DNA of 63,501 nucleotides, filler included, from Kipferlia bialata (Eukaryota), in the NCBI GenBank assembly GCA_003568945.1. It is 3 parts of 3 records of this genome, joined end to end, with 100 filler letters (N's around TTAATTAATTAA, not from the genome) between each part and the next. Parts side by side here need not be neighbours in the genome. Positions count along the whole stretch, not along the records: positions 1 to 21,129 come from BDIP01000338.1; 2 more parts are not named here. The stretch is one strand, 5' to 3'. Each line of letters opens with the position of its first letter. The stretch's first letter is position 1. Below the pieces are notes generated by a model. It was not told where the DNA came from, made no database searches, and saw only the letters and a list, made by a program, of their open reading frames with translations. Position numbers and translations under genes: made by a program. This document shows, one piece after another, positions 1-15,600 of this stretch.

Positions 1-55
<55 letters not shown>

Positions 56-56
56 C

Positions 57-95
<39 letters not shown>

Positions 96-96
96 G

Positions 97-159
97 ACCC
101 AGTCACCGGCAAGGAGTGCAGACAGGTATTGTAGTACATACATCCACACATATAGCTAG

Positions 160-202
<43 letters not shown>

Positions 203-271
203 AGAGGCAGAGAGACCCAGTCACCGGCAAGGAGTGCAGACAGGTAATTATATTCAATCTAGTGTATATAG

Positions 272-316
<45 letters not shown>

Positions 317-359
317 CCCAGTCACTGGCAAGGAGTGCAGACAGGTATAGAGGGATATG

Positions 360-412
<53 letters not shown>

Positions 413-650
413 CCCAGTCACCGGCAAGGAGTGCAGACAGGTATGAAGGGAAGATTTTTTACAATATAGATATATATGTATATATATATATATATATAGA
501 GAGAGATAGAGAGAGAGAGACCCAGTGACCGGCAATGAGTGCAGACAGGTATATATATATATGTATATATATTCTAGTATACATATATATGGAGAGAGAG
601 AGGGAGAGAGGGAGAGAGACCCAGTCACCGGCAAGGAGTACAGACAGGTA
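97..650 (+). repeat. Six dispersed copies of an exon 3' end plus GT donor (gacccagtcaccggcaaggagtgcagacag|gta) separated by (TA)n/(GA)n tracts
   Basis: Copies at ~97, 214, 315, 411, 519 and 618, each followed by GTA and a microsatellite. Confidence 0.9.
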
Positions 651-3600
651 TATTGATATTGTTATAGTTATATATATTTACATCTGATATATACATACCT
701 GGACATTTCTGGGTTGTGATCCTTGTTGACCCCTCGTTGACCTCCCCTGACCCCTCTTTGACTCCTCCCTGACCCCCTCAGATTGCCCTGTTGACCAAGG
801 AGGAGAGGAGGATAGCCCATGATGTGGCCAGAGCCTTCAACCAGAGAGTGTGTGGGTTCGATATGCTGAGGTACACATGCTACTTTGTAATGGAAATTAT
901 GTTTCCATTGGTTTGTCTCATAACTGTAAGAGTTTCTCTCTCTTCACCTCTCTCTCCCTCTCTGTGCGTGTGTATGTGTATGTTACCTATGTATTTTATT
1001 ACCTACCCCCAGGACTGACACTGGCTCCTATGTATGTGGTGTATCTTTCTCTGCATAGATATACATGTGTGTATAAATATGTGAATTGCTATACTTCTCA
1101 CCCCCAGGACTGACACTGGCTCCTATGTCTGTGATGTCAACGGGTGGTCGTTTGTCAAGGTATGGGTATAATCTACGCATATTAGATGCACACTGTGTGT
1201 GATAGTATTGGACGTACCCATAGTGTTTGTATGCTATGTCTGTGATGTCAGCAGGTGGTCGTTTGTCAAGGTGTGTATGTATTGTATAATGGGTAAATAT
1301 ATTGTGGTGTATGTGTATGTATCGAGATGTTTGTGAATGTATTGTCATTGTTTGTTGTAACCCCAGGGCAACAAGCACTATTACGACCACTGTGGGAGGA
1401 TCCTGAGGTCCCTCATTCTGCAGGTACACACATATTGTATATTAATGTATTTATATTTATATATTCGGATATATTCATCAATGTATGTCCATGTTATTTT
1501 TGGATCACGAGGTCCCTCATTCAACCAGTTCATATTCTACTTACATTGGTTAATAATAGTAAATATATGTTTGCATTTCATAAGAATATGATCTCTATAA
1601 CTGCTAGGCCACCCGCCCTGCTGCCGATGTTGCACCCACAACATAGCTCATATTGTAGTGTATATATATATATATATATATATGTATATACTCTATGTAC
1701 ATATATATACCATTACCTCAGGCCACCCGCCCTGCTGCCGATGTTGCACCCAGGATCATGCCTCTGGAGAAGCCAATCCTGAGGTATATATACACATATT
1801 AATATATATACTTTTATATACTTATATATACTTATATATACTTATATATGGTATGTATATGTGATCTACCTCTTATATATAATGTACATACTCTATATGG
1901 CACCCAGGATCATGCCTCTGGAGAATCCAGTACTGAGGTATATATATACACAGTAAATGCAGAATCTTAATGAGTATAATTACTTGTTGATATGATACTC
2001 TCTCTACCCTCACCCCCAGGGGAGTTGCTGTCATAGTATGTATATATACTACATGGTATTAGCTAATATATGTTTATACTTCACTCTCCCTCTCACCCCC
2101 AGGGGAGTTGTTACTGTCATGAGACATGCTAGTAATCTACCGTCACATACTTATAATAATTCATTAATGGTATATACTAGATAGTAGCTGGTCTGTGGTG
2201 TATTGTAAATATGCATGGTCTCTACCCTTACCTAGTTATAAGTGGTGTAATGTATATATGGTACATTTGTTTATGTACTCACCCCCAGGGGAGTGGTTGC
2301 TGTCATGAGACACGCAGACAGAGCGCCAAAGCAGAAGAGGTGTGTAAACATGTTTGGATAGGCATGTGTAGACACTGATAATGGTACCTGTAATGGATAC
2401 GCATATGTATGTATTCCAACATGAGGTGTTCTCCTCCACCCTCTCTCTCCCTCTCTACATCTGTTCTCTATAGAATGTACCACCTACAGTCTACCCCTCT
2501 CTCTCTCGACACCCTAATTATGAAGGTAGTTCCGCACCAACAGTCTCTCTCTCTCTCCCCCTCTTCCTCTCTTCATTCTCATCATGTAGGAAGTTCCGCA
2601 CCACCAACAAGCGCTTCATAGAGATGCTGTCTGGAGGTACGTCCATTAGAGTGATGCATATATATACATAGAGTAGAATAATGTATGCTGTTGAAAGACA
2701 ATAAGTATGGTATATATGTATGTGTGTGTGTGTGTGTACACACTAACTCATCAGGCAAGGACACCACCGATGTCAATGTGGAGCTGAAGCCAGAGTACAA
2801 GGTATATATATTTCTATTTACTAATGCGTATATATAGTTATATGTGTATATTTTTTAGAAATATATAGACTACTGATACATACATTGGTAGTTTATCATA
2901 TCTCTCAGTCCGAGAGGTGTGCTGCGTTCGTAATGTATAGCATCTCAATACAGCAGTTTGAGTAGTATATGTGAATGTGTATTGTCATATATGCGTGTTA
3001 CTAATACCCCAGGCCGAGAGGTGTGCTGCCCTCCTGGCCCTGACCAGAGACATCATAGCCAATGACACACTCACAGGTATAGAGTGTATATGTATAGTAG
3101 TATATATGTAGTAGTATATGGATATAGTAGTATATATATGTATATGTATATATGCTGCCCTCCTGGCCCTGACCAGAGACATCATAGCCAATGACACATT
3201 GACAGGATAATGTCTCTACTCATATGTAAACACTGACAACCTATGTCCAGTATTAATTCAGACTTTACCATATATATTTTATTATGTGTGTGAATACGTG
3301 TCTTACTCCAGCTGATGAACGCACTGGCTTCAGGTCCCTGGCCACCATGCTGGCCAACAGCTGGAGTGGATCCAAGGTGGGTATATATATTACTTATTGA
3401 TATAGTATGTATAGTGTGTATATGTGTGTATATAGATAGTCCCGGGCCACCATGCTGGCAAACAGCTGGAGTGGAAGCAAGGTACCAGTAATTATTCAAT
3501 AGTATTTATAATGATATCTACTGCTGACCTCTCTTGACCTCCCTAGACCTCCCCTGACCATCCAGATCCAGATGAAGTCCTACAAGGGCAGGAGGGACGA

Positions 3601-6600
3601 TGTAGTGGTGGTGTGCAAGTGGGCAGGTATGTGTCTATATGTAGATGTAGATAATGAATGTGTATATGGACACATGGGTGTGCATATCTTCATTTTCATA
3701 AATATGTAAATATGTATATATTAATATCATGGTGTGCAAGTAGGCAGGTATGAGTATGTATATATGGGTGTGTGTATATATCTGACTATCCTATTTCTAT
3801 CCCTGACCTCTAGGCTTCCTGACCGTGGCAGGGCTCAGACAGGCATTCCAGGTAGATATGTCTATGCATACTCATATATGTATGTGTGACTGTACCTTAT
3901 GCGATATGTATATACACATGATGTCACCCAGACTCACCCCCAGTCTGGCAAGCAGCTCAGGAAGCAGCTGTTCCCAGGGAAGGTATGGTATTGTGTATGA
4001 GTACTCTCTCTACCGGTCATTTTCCAGCCTCAGTGTCCTTACGTCTGTACTTGAGAGTATTATGTGTGTCATATGTCTGAGTACCATACTTGTGTAGGTC
4101 CGTATACCTCCCTTTACCCCCCTTTACCCTAGGAAGGCAAGCAGCTGATCAGGGAGAGACTCAGAGTGTCACACAGCAGTGAGAGGAGGGTGACGAGGTG
4201 GGTGGATTAGTAAATTACTTGTGATACATATTTGATACATAAATATATATATTTACTGACCCCCATGACCGGCGAGGGTGTGCTGATGGGTCTGATTGAA
4301 CACTATACTATACATGTATGCGAATATACATAGATGTATATACATTAGTGTTTATACTTCATGAATACTGATCCTAGGACCGGTGAGGGTGTGCTCATGG
4401 GTCTGATAGATGAGGACACAGGGATAGACACCCTGCTACCACAGCTGCATGGGCTCAGGTGAAGTAATATATAAATATAAAGTGTATATATTCATGTATT
4501 AATGCATGTGAATATATATCATGATTGACACACTGCTGCCACAGCTGCATGGACTCAGGTGCATATACACCAGTATATATACATATATATATATGAATGT
4601 ATCACAATATATATAGAGAGAGAGACAGAAATGTGCTGGTATAGACAGCTCCATGAACTAAGGTACGTAGTCAACATATCTTTGATGCCCTGAGATCACA
4701 TTTCCATTATTTCCCTCTTTCCTTATATGTATACATATACATGCTAACTCTCTAGGTCCTGTGACCCCTGCTCCTGTATCCATCTTTGATGACCCTCTAT
4801 CTCTCACTCTATGTATTATTGTGTATATTATATATTGAATATACTATGTATACACACAATGTATCCCTAGATATTAAGGAGTTGTGACCCCTGTCCCTCC
4901 ATCTTCGATGCCAACACCAGTTCCCTCACACACACACACACTCTCTCTCTCTATATATATATGTATATATATGGTGTATAGACTAACCATGTAGGTCCTG
5001 TGACCCCTGCCCCTCCATCTTTGATGCCAACAACAGTTCTCTCACACACTCTCTCTCTCTTTATATATATAGTATGTATTCACTTACATTAGGTCGTGTG
5101 ACCCCTGCCCCTCCATCTTCGATGCCAACACACCCGAGGCAGACACAGAGGAACATAACCTGGAGGTGAGACTCATGAATGTATGGGAGAAGAAGATATA
5201 TATACATATAGAGAGAGAGAGAGAGAAGTAGTATATGACACCAGATGCAGACACAGAGAAGCATAACCTGGAGGTCAGTGGTGCATATGAAGTGGATATA
5301 TATATACGTATAATACGCCTTCTACAGTGGCAGATACAGAGGAACACAACTTGGAGGTGAGGCCTTTGTATGTGTTGACATACATTATTTTGACACAACA
5401 CAATATAAACACAACACAATATCCACTAATCCACTAATCCAATTGACACTCAGGAGTTCGAGGGCATCAGAGTGGTGGACCTGGCACCCAGACTCACGAG
5501 GTGTGTGGATATTTATTATGTATATATGATTATATGTATACTATTATATACATAGTATACCATTATATACCCATGTATATGAGAAAGTGTTTGTATTTAC
5601 CAAGAGTGGTGGACCTGGCACCCAGACTCACGAGGTGGGTATATATGTATATACAATATATATATATATCTATGAATATGAGTGAGTGGATACAGTTACA
5701 TTACAATTACCGCCTCACCCGAGGGCGAATGAGTTTGTCTTTACATAGTAAGTCATCATGTTAACATACTTCTTAGTAGCTATTAGTATACCTCACCCCC
5801 CAGAGCCAATGAGGTCGGACACTATTCAATCATATCCACTCAACAAATACATGTGTTATCATTCTCTATGTGTATAATAGATAGATGTCCCTCTCACCCA
5901 TATATAATGGATATAGATACCCCTCTCACCCCCAGAGCCAATGAGGTCGTGATGGCACTGTCAAAGCCAACCAGATCGGTGAGTCTCTCTCTCTCTCTCT
6001 CTCTTTGCATCCTTAAGTTCAGGCCATTCGTGCCAATATAAATACATTTATGATATATATAATTTCGTCTAAATATCTTAGGTATTAGGGCCAATGAGCA
6101 GGCCATGCATGATACAATGTACACATACATATGTGTGTATTTGTTATCTCCCTCTGAATATACTAACCATAGGCCATCCGAGCCAATGAGCAAGCCATGC
6201 ACGATGCCATTCTCATCTCTCTCTCTCTATGTATATGGTATATATATATAGATAGGAAGTGTATAATTGTTCTAACCATAGGCAATCAGGGCCAATGAGC
6301 AGGCCATGCACGATGTCATGATAACCTCTCTCTCTCTCTCTACATATATATATATGTATTATTATTCATTACTTATGCTAACCATAGGCTATTAGGGCCA
6401 ATGAGCAGGCCATGCACGATGCCATGGTGCAGAAGAGCTGCTCATCCACTGTCTCTAACCTGGATGATGTATCGGGGAGTGTCTACACAGACGCAACAGG
6501 AGCTACACTGCTAGGTATAGTGTATATTATATATATATACATATACTATTATACAGTCCTCACCCAGGCATCGGCCTCAGGTCTATATATATTCGCAATT

Positions 6601-9600
6601 AGTATAGTATCCCCCATGGAAATGTATATAGTATAATATATGTCGTATATTGTATACAGTATATTGTATAGTGTATATTGTATATAGTGTTTACCAACCT
6701 CACCCCCCAGGCATCGGCCTCAGCCAGATCAAGCACCCCCTGCTCAGAATCAGGTGGGTCCTTATATGTATATAGTGGTTCTACTAATTATTAATATGAC
6801 TAATTCAGGGGATATTCAGTGGCTGTCACTGTAATGGTGTGTATGTTCCACTATATATTGCATCAGTGGCTGTTATTGTATTGGGATCATACTTTACATA
6901 TCTCCCTGACCCTCAGGGCCCTCATCCTGCGCATCGACTGTCTCATTGAGGTGCTGCAGAACAAGGTACTGTCTCAGTATCAGTATCATCAGATACTGCA
7001 CTGATTCTCGCACTGGAGTTCTGTGTTGTATACATGGAGGTGAATTTGTATCTATTAATATTTAATTCCCAGGCCGTTGAGCACCCTGAGAACTGTGACT
7101 GGGCAGACATTGCAGAGAGGTATAGGGACACATACAGATAGACAGATATACATATTCGTACATCCACTTATACTAATATGTGTTATATATATGTGTGACT
7201 GGGCAGACATTGCAGAGAGGTATGTAGATAGTTATATATAGATAGTTATATACAGATAGATATACGTTTATCCACGTATATGTATGTGTGTTATATTAGT
7301 ATATACTGTGCAGATATTGCGGAGAGGTGTGTACATTCATATGTATAGATGGATATATGTATAGCCTACGTACACACACTTATGTATATGTGTGACTGGG
7401 CAGACATTGCAGAGAGGTATGGACATATACATATAGACAGATATATATATATTCGTACATCCACTTATATATATATATGTTATATGTATATGTGTGACTG
7501 GGCAGACATTGCAGAGAGGTACACAATTTGTATGAGGGTTACTATTATATATATGTATATTCATGAATTCATTACATGTGTATGCCTCTAACACCCAGAT
7601 GGGTAGAGTACAGGCAGGCCCTGCTGTCTGGTGATCTACCCGAGGTGTCACAGACGGCAGAGCTGGCAGAGAATGTCAGAACATCCAAGGTGAGTAGGAT
7701 GTAGTCAGACTATATCCATATAAGTATGTATAGTATTTTTATACTCACTCCCAGCCCCCTTTGATTCCGGAGGCTGCCGGATTATGTATATATGTTGTAT
7801 CTGTATATATATATACTATGTGTGTGGATTATTGTATATTATCACTCATTTCCAGCCCCCTTTGATCCTGGAGGCTGCCAGGTTATGTGTATATGTTGTA
7901 TCTGTATATATCTATATATATGCATATTAGAATATATATATATATTAGTGCATTGTATTCTAACCCCAGCTCCCTCTGATCCTGGAGGCTGCCAGGTTCG
8001 ATGCCACTCATATATACACATATATATATATGAATATATATATGATATAACTATATGTATATATACATGTATACTAACTCCCAGCTCCCTCTGATCCTGG
8101 AGGCTGCCAGGTTCGATGCGACCCACCACAACAGGATGCTCAGAGATCTACCAGGTATAGAGTATAATGATTATATATATATACAATAGATAGAATGCAT
8201 ATATTGATTGATGCCACCCACCACAACAGGATGCTCAGAGACTTGCCAGGTACATACCAATATATGTATAACTACGTATATACATGTGTATGTATGCATA
8301 TATTCTGATTAATTAACACTGAGGGACCTGCCAGGTATAATGTGAATATATAAATATATATGTATAACTATCATTGTGTATGATATACTCACACCAGAGT
8401 TCGATGAGGTCTTCAGAGGCGTCAAGGTGCTGGCTGACATCTGCATCCCCCAGTTCTTCGGCATCACAACGCGAGATAAGCTGCACATTGGACACCAGAT
8501 TGCTGCACCCCTATTAGACGCAGTTGTGGATGATATTGTGTCCATTGCACACCCTCCACAGAGGACAATCACTAGGTTTGATAGTGTCTATATGCACACA
8601 TGTTTTACTAGTGGTCTTTGGTGTATGCTACTAGAGCGTATATATTTGGGTACTATAATGTATCCTCATACTAGGCTGCGTGACAGACTGGACAGGAGCA
8701 GAGACTCCGCTGAGGCCATCGTGCCACCCCTGCCACCTACTGTGGGCAGTGTAGGTATGGATATGCATATATGACTTGTAGTATACTCTTATATACTATA
8801 TATATACAATGAGTATCTCTAGCGGCACTTACTCCAGGCACTAACCTCTCCACCTCTGCCCCCAACACTGCCACCTCTGTGTCCTCTATCAGCAGTGAGG
8901 GGGTGGCACTGTTTGGACCCCAGACACCCACTAGGCCTCATCAGGTATGTATGTGTTGATATGTGTGTATATATGCATTTCTATATTGAGTATGGGTGTA
9001 CAAAGAGTGAGTAGTAGAGTACTTACAGATTCAGTATATTAAGTGTGGACTCCTAACCTCAGGTCGGTGACTCCCCCCTCCTCTCCCCTGCCAACAGCCC
9101 CCCAAACAGAAGCCCCCCAGGCTCAGTTGTGAGGTACGCATATATATAGATTTATATAGATATAATCATATATATATATAATCATATATATATGTGCATA
9201 TAAGTAGGAAATGCCTTGTGTGTTATCCCACAAGCAGAGGTCCACTAGGCTCAGTGGTCAGGTACGCATATATAGTGACTATATTATAGTATATATAGTA
9301 TATTCGGTATATATATATATATATACGTATAGTCCACCCAGAAGAAGCCCCCCCAGGCTCAGTTGTCAGGTATGCTATTTCATGTATATATAATGACTAT
9401 GGTATATAATGCATTGTTGGGTGATGTTGTGTCGAGTTCCCTAAATAGTATATACTATATTGAATATGTACAAGCCGAAGCCCCCCAGGCTCAGTGGGAA
9501 GGTTGGCATAGTGACATGGATCATTGTATTGATAGAGTATGTTTGTTCGATATGTATGTATTATACTGCGTATACATACCAATTGTATTCTCTCTAAATC

Positions 9601-12600
9601 TATGGAGCAGGGTCTGAACCATGGCAAGTTCCTGGACAATGAACAACATGTATATCTATATATACTAGTCCATGAATACTTGCGTGTAGTCCAATCTATT
9701 ACTATATGCTAACTATAGGGAGCAGGGCCTCAACCATGGTAAGTTCCTGGGCAATGTGTGATACTTGTTCCATAAACCCTTGTACTATATATAAGGATAT
9801 ATATATATGCGTATATATGGGCGTATATATACTAATGCTAGGGAGCAGGGCCTTAATCATGGCAAGTTCCTGGGCAATATATGTTTTGTGTATATGTAGA
9901 AATGTAGATTGCATATAGTTCATTGTATGTAGTATAGTTCATTCAATTATATGCTAACTATAGGGAGCAGGGTCTGAACCATGGCAAGTTCCTGGGCAAG
10001 GCCAGGGTATACGTCACAGATGAGGCCCACATGCATGCCATGGTGAACCTACTCTCACTAGGTATTTTCTATTACATACAATTAGAGAGAGTGATGGATT
10101 TAGAGACAAAGAGGGAAACTCATGCGTGCTATGGTCGACCTATCTGTCTCCGGGTATATAGTAACTATGATATATTTGATATGCATATTTATATAGTGGC
10201 ACGGATACTGCTACTGACCCTTAGGCGGTCTCCCCGGCGTCCTCCTTGACCGTACTCTAATCGGTGAGCTCAACTGGCTCTCCTCCGTTGCATTCCAGCT
10301 GTTTGAGATCCCACACGCACCTGAGCACGCTAGGTATGGTAGTGCTATGCTGATAGAGATATACTTATGTTTATGCTACGCATGGTATTGTTCTATGTAT
10401 AGACTTACCATTGGCGGTTTGTGTGGGTGTTTCTCTTTCTCTCTCTCTGTGTATATAGTTATGTGTGTCTATGTATATTATATTTTTTTGATACATAATA
10501 TTCTATCCTCAAGTGGTTTGAGCGCTTGTTCACTCATCTCCTCTCTCTCAATGAATTGTCTCTTATCCCAGGTGGTTTGTGCGTGTGTTCCTCTCCTGTG
10601 GTTCCTCTGCCAACCCATTTGAAATGACAGCTGAGGACAACGTACTGCCAACGGACAGATACGAGGCGTGTATTGTATTCTATTTGTATACATGTTGATA
10701 TATCCACTAATAGCTAGGTCCTGATTGACGGTCTTCTCCTGCCACCCCTGAGGGAACTGTCACTGAGAGTACTGAGAGACAGGACAACACACAAGTATGT
10801 ACATGTATGCATAATAGAGGATCTAACGATGGGTTGTATGTATTTGCTCACCCCAGGGGTCATGCTGAGCTGATTGATAACTGATGTCATTTATCAATTC
10901 ACATTAATAGTACCTAGTGTGCACATAGTATGCAGTGAACAGTGTATAATACTCACGTCAGGGGCCATGCTGAGTTGATGGCTGTGATTGGTGTGTTCAG
11001 ACACGGAGACAGGACACCTAAGCAGGTATATATAGTTGTGTAATCAGTGTATATTTATATATATATATATATATATAGTCAGCATGCGTGATGTAATGAA
11101 GGGGTATCAGACACGGAGACAGAACACCGAAGCATATATGTGTGTATATAGTCAATATATATATAGTCAGTATCTCTCTCTCTCTTGGTCTACACCCTTT
11201 TACCATCCAGAAGTACAAGGTGTCTATCAAGGACCCAGCAGTCATACAGGAGATGTTCCCAGGTACTACTATAGCTATCTTTCAGTTAATTCTCTATATG
11301 TGTCTACATGTATATTTATACAATATTTCGTATTCATATGTCCACCGGTAGATTGTCTCTCTCTCTCTCCGCCTAGCCCTTATTTCCAGGTGTTGACCTT
11401 GATGCTGACTTTGAGGATCTGACTCTCAAGCCGCACTCGAAGCCCAAGGACATACCCACTTGTGAGAGGTGATTACAGTTGTATATATGGATAGATATAT
11501 TTTGATATATATAGTCACAGTATACTCCAAGCCCAAGGACATACCCACATGTGAGAGGTGATTGCATTAGTGTTAATATCAATACTAGGCCTGGTATTTT
11601 GTAGTGTATTTATGTGTTAATATATATACTCTGTATCAGTCACAGTATCCACTCCAAGCCCAAGGACATACCTACTTGTGAGAGGTGACTGCATTAGTGT
11701 TAATACATTATGATTACTATGTATTAGTGTTAGTATCAATATTCTGTATCACTCTTAAGCCACACTCCAAGCCGAAGGACATACCCACTTGTGAGAGGTG
11801 ATGGAGTTAGTAATGTTAATGCCTAATGATTTCATTAATAATACATTATCAGTACTAAGCCTAGTATTATGAATTAGTGTTAATAGCAATATTATGTATC
11901 AGTCACAGTATCCACTCCAAGCCCAAGGACATACCCACATGCGAGAGGTATTTAGTTGTATCTGTACATATATACACGTGACATGTGTAATGTATACAAT
12001 TGACTCCCAGGTTCCAGAGAGTGTTGAACCAGAACGCTGAGAGTCTGGCATCCAGTGAGAAGGTATCTCTACACTCACACTTCTAACAGTGCCAAAATAA
12101 TCACATATGAATTTGAGAGAGATAGCTTACCCTATATGCACATGCCAGCTTTGTGTAGTATCCTATGTCTTACATCCAGGAGAGAGAGAAGCTCCGTTTC
12201 TACGCCGACGTCATCATGAAGCCAATAGACAGCCTCAAGATTCAGGTACATAAGTTGTTAACCCAATTGAAGATGAGATGGCTGTAAACTCCTTCTCATT
12301 CCTAATCTGCCTTCTCCATCACAACTATAAGGATTGCTCTATGTTTGTATTACCTCACCTCCCAGGTCAAGGCCAGGAAGGGCACCCTGAGGCACGGCAT
12401 ACAGGTACAGTCTCTCTCTCTCTCTCTTCCACCACGTTTATGTGTGTGTAGCAATGTGTACTATTTATAATACATAGTTGTACACTAACCCTCCTCTTTC
12501 TCTCTCTACCCCTATGTATTTGTGTGGGTCTATGGGTGTGTGTCTTATATCTATTCTAACACCCAGATGATCATCAAGTTCGGTGGCATGCTGACCTCTC

Positions 12601-15600
12601 TCTCTCTATCTCTCTCTGTATATATATGTATTTGTTATATACTAGTGTGTGTATGTATATACATACCTACTTACACCCAGATGATCATCAAGTTCGGTGG
12701 CATGCTGACCACGGCAGGGGAGGAGCAGGTATGCATACTACCCATGTACATGGTTCATTAATGAAGTACTCCTCTATGTCCTATAGTCCTATAGTAGTAG
12801 ACTATTACTATAAATTATTAGTATATAAATTACTATATATGGAATGGCATGCTGACCACGGCAGGGGAGGAGCAGGTGTGGGATATACATGTATACTATG
12901 TATACTGTATACAGTGTGAGTGTATATGATTGGACCATCATCAATTTGTAATTATTGCATTTTCCATATTGTTGTATATACATGTATACATATATATATA
13001 TTCATCTCATCCCAGGCAGAGATGTGTGGGGGTCTCTTCCACCGCTTTGTCCTACCCTCAGACGACATTGAGAGGAGGACATTCCTCAGAAACGTCAAGT
13101 ATGGACTTACTATATATGTATGCTATACAGTTTTGTGTCTCTATGTACAAGTGTGGAAAAGTATTCTTGGAAAAGTATTCTTGCATTGAGAGGAGGACAT
13201 TCCTCAGAAACGTCAAGTGAGTGTTATACACATTGATACATCACTTTGTATTCAGTATGTGCCCTGTTCTATTCTAACGACAGGGTCTACTCCAATGACG
13301 AAGTGAGTTCAGTTATGTATACCCATTGAGACATACTACTACATATAGTAACACACCATAGTGTATTCTAATGGCAGGGTCTATTCCAATGACGAGAGGC
13401 GTGTGCAGGACACGGCAAAGACATTCCTATCAGTGCTCTATAGCAGTGAGGTAGGACTGTACTTCTATTATATTGTTCTATATATACAATGAAATATGTA
13501 TGTTTATACTTACCTCAGGACGATGAGGAGATCAGGGCCATGACACCCCCCATCAAGGAGGTGCAGCTGCTGTCACTGGTGGACAAGACTGCTAGGATCA
13601 GGTATCTTTGTGTCTATATAGATGATAGAGAGCTAAGGAGTATGTATATATATAGAGAGAGAGTATTGGGACGTGTATATTTTAGGATGGTTCAGCTGCT
13701 ATCACTGGTGGACAAGACAGCCAGGATCAGGTGTACTCATCTTTCAATATATATGTATGTGTGTATGTATGCATGTATATGTGATATATGCATTTTATGT
13801 ATACTCACCCCCAGGATGGAGGTTGAGAAGGAAATGTAGAGGAACTGTATGAAGTAGTATATAGTATATAGTATGTGTATGTATATATATATGGAGAACC
13901 TAACACCCAGGATGGAGGTGGACAAGTTGAAGAAGCTCGAATTGAATGTGATATCTGACTCATTAACGTATATGGTAGCTATGCTAATATGGATAACCTA
14001 ACTCCCAGGATGGAGGTTGAGAAGGACAAGCTCAACAAGGCACTCACATCGACATCAGATCTAGGTGAGAGACACGACAGTGTATATGTAGTTCTAACAT
14101 AGTATTCTTATATGTTAATGTATATGTATTGGGACAAGCTCAACAAGGCACTCACATCGACATCGGACCTGGGTATGTTAACAAAAACAGACAGATACAG
14201 CTATATACTCTTTCACTGGTATCTATACGTGTGTAGGTATTCGCCCCATACAATGACCGCAAGACCTTTGAAGCCCAGAACACCCATACATACACACATA
14301 ATAGTGTATATACGTTGTAAGTCTATGTATATGATCTCACTCTCAGGCGATGACCCCAAGACCATACATACATACATAAATACATATCTTACACACACAC
14401 ACACACATATATATATATCATTGTATATATACCTCACACAAAGGCGATGACCCCAAGACCATCGAGCCCCCCTTCACTCATACATACATACATGTCATAT
14501 ACATATTAATATATATATAAATCATTATATGAATACCTCACTCTCAGGCGATGACCCCAAGACCATCGAGCCCCCCGACACCTATGTCTTCATCTATTCA
14601 TATATGAATGCATATACCTCTACTGAAAGAGAGAGTATTCGTATCACTGTCTTTGACCCCCAGGCGATGACCCCAAGACCATTGAGCCCCCCGAGGCCAG
14701 GGAGCTGTTGAAGCTGAGCGGGGCAGTGGACTTTAGCCAAGTGGGGGTGCCTAATGATAGGTATATATATGTGTATAAGTNNNNNNNNNNNNNNNNNNNN
14801 NNNNNNNNNNNNNNNNNNNNNNNNNNNNNNNNNNNNNNNNNNNNNNNNNNNNNNNNNNNNNNNNNNNNNNNNNNNNNNNNNNNNNNNNNNNNNNNNAGAG
14901 AGAGAGAGAGAGAGAGAGAGAGCTGTTGAAGCTGAGTGGGGCTGTGGACTTCAGCCAAGTGGGGGTGCCCAATGATAGGTATGTGTGTATATATTATTAT
15001 ATATAGTGTGTATATACACTGAGAGAGAGAGAGAGAGAGAGAGAGAGTTGAAGCTGAGTGGAGCTGTGGACTTCAGCCAAGTGGGGGTGCCTAATGACAG
15101 GTGTGTGTATAGATTAGTAACACATTCTTTCATTATTGAGATAGAATACTGTTGAACATGTATATTTGCCTAGTATTATACTGTCAAATCTTCCAATATA
15201 CACATGTAGGCATACAAACACCAGGCTGAAGGAGCTCCACAAGCTGCTGCACAGATACATGCAGAAACTGGATGACCTCGTGCCACTGCTAGGTATGCCC
15301 TACTGTATAGTATTCATTACACATAGATTCTTGCATTGGGATGTGTTATAGCCCTTATCACATCACATGATTGCAAAGCAACTCCTTCGGGACATACTCC
15401 CTGGATATCTACATCTCCCTCTCTCTCTCTCTCTCTCCCCCTCTGATCCAGGCAACTCCTACAAACTGTGCTCCATGGAGACCCTGCTCATGGCAAGACT
15501 CAGACTCAGCAAGGTGAATATATATATAACTATTTCTGTATGGTTTCTGTAGTATTATTTTATATATATATATTTCAGAATGATATTGTTGACATATGTA

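Noticed and set aside
97..650. CRISPR-like pattern of ~33-nt repeats with spacers (also 11430-11950)
   Set aside because: Repeats are exon fragments ending in GT donors, spacers are microsatellites of variable length, no cas genes, eukaryotic context.
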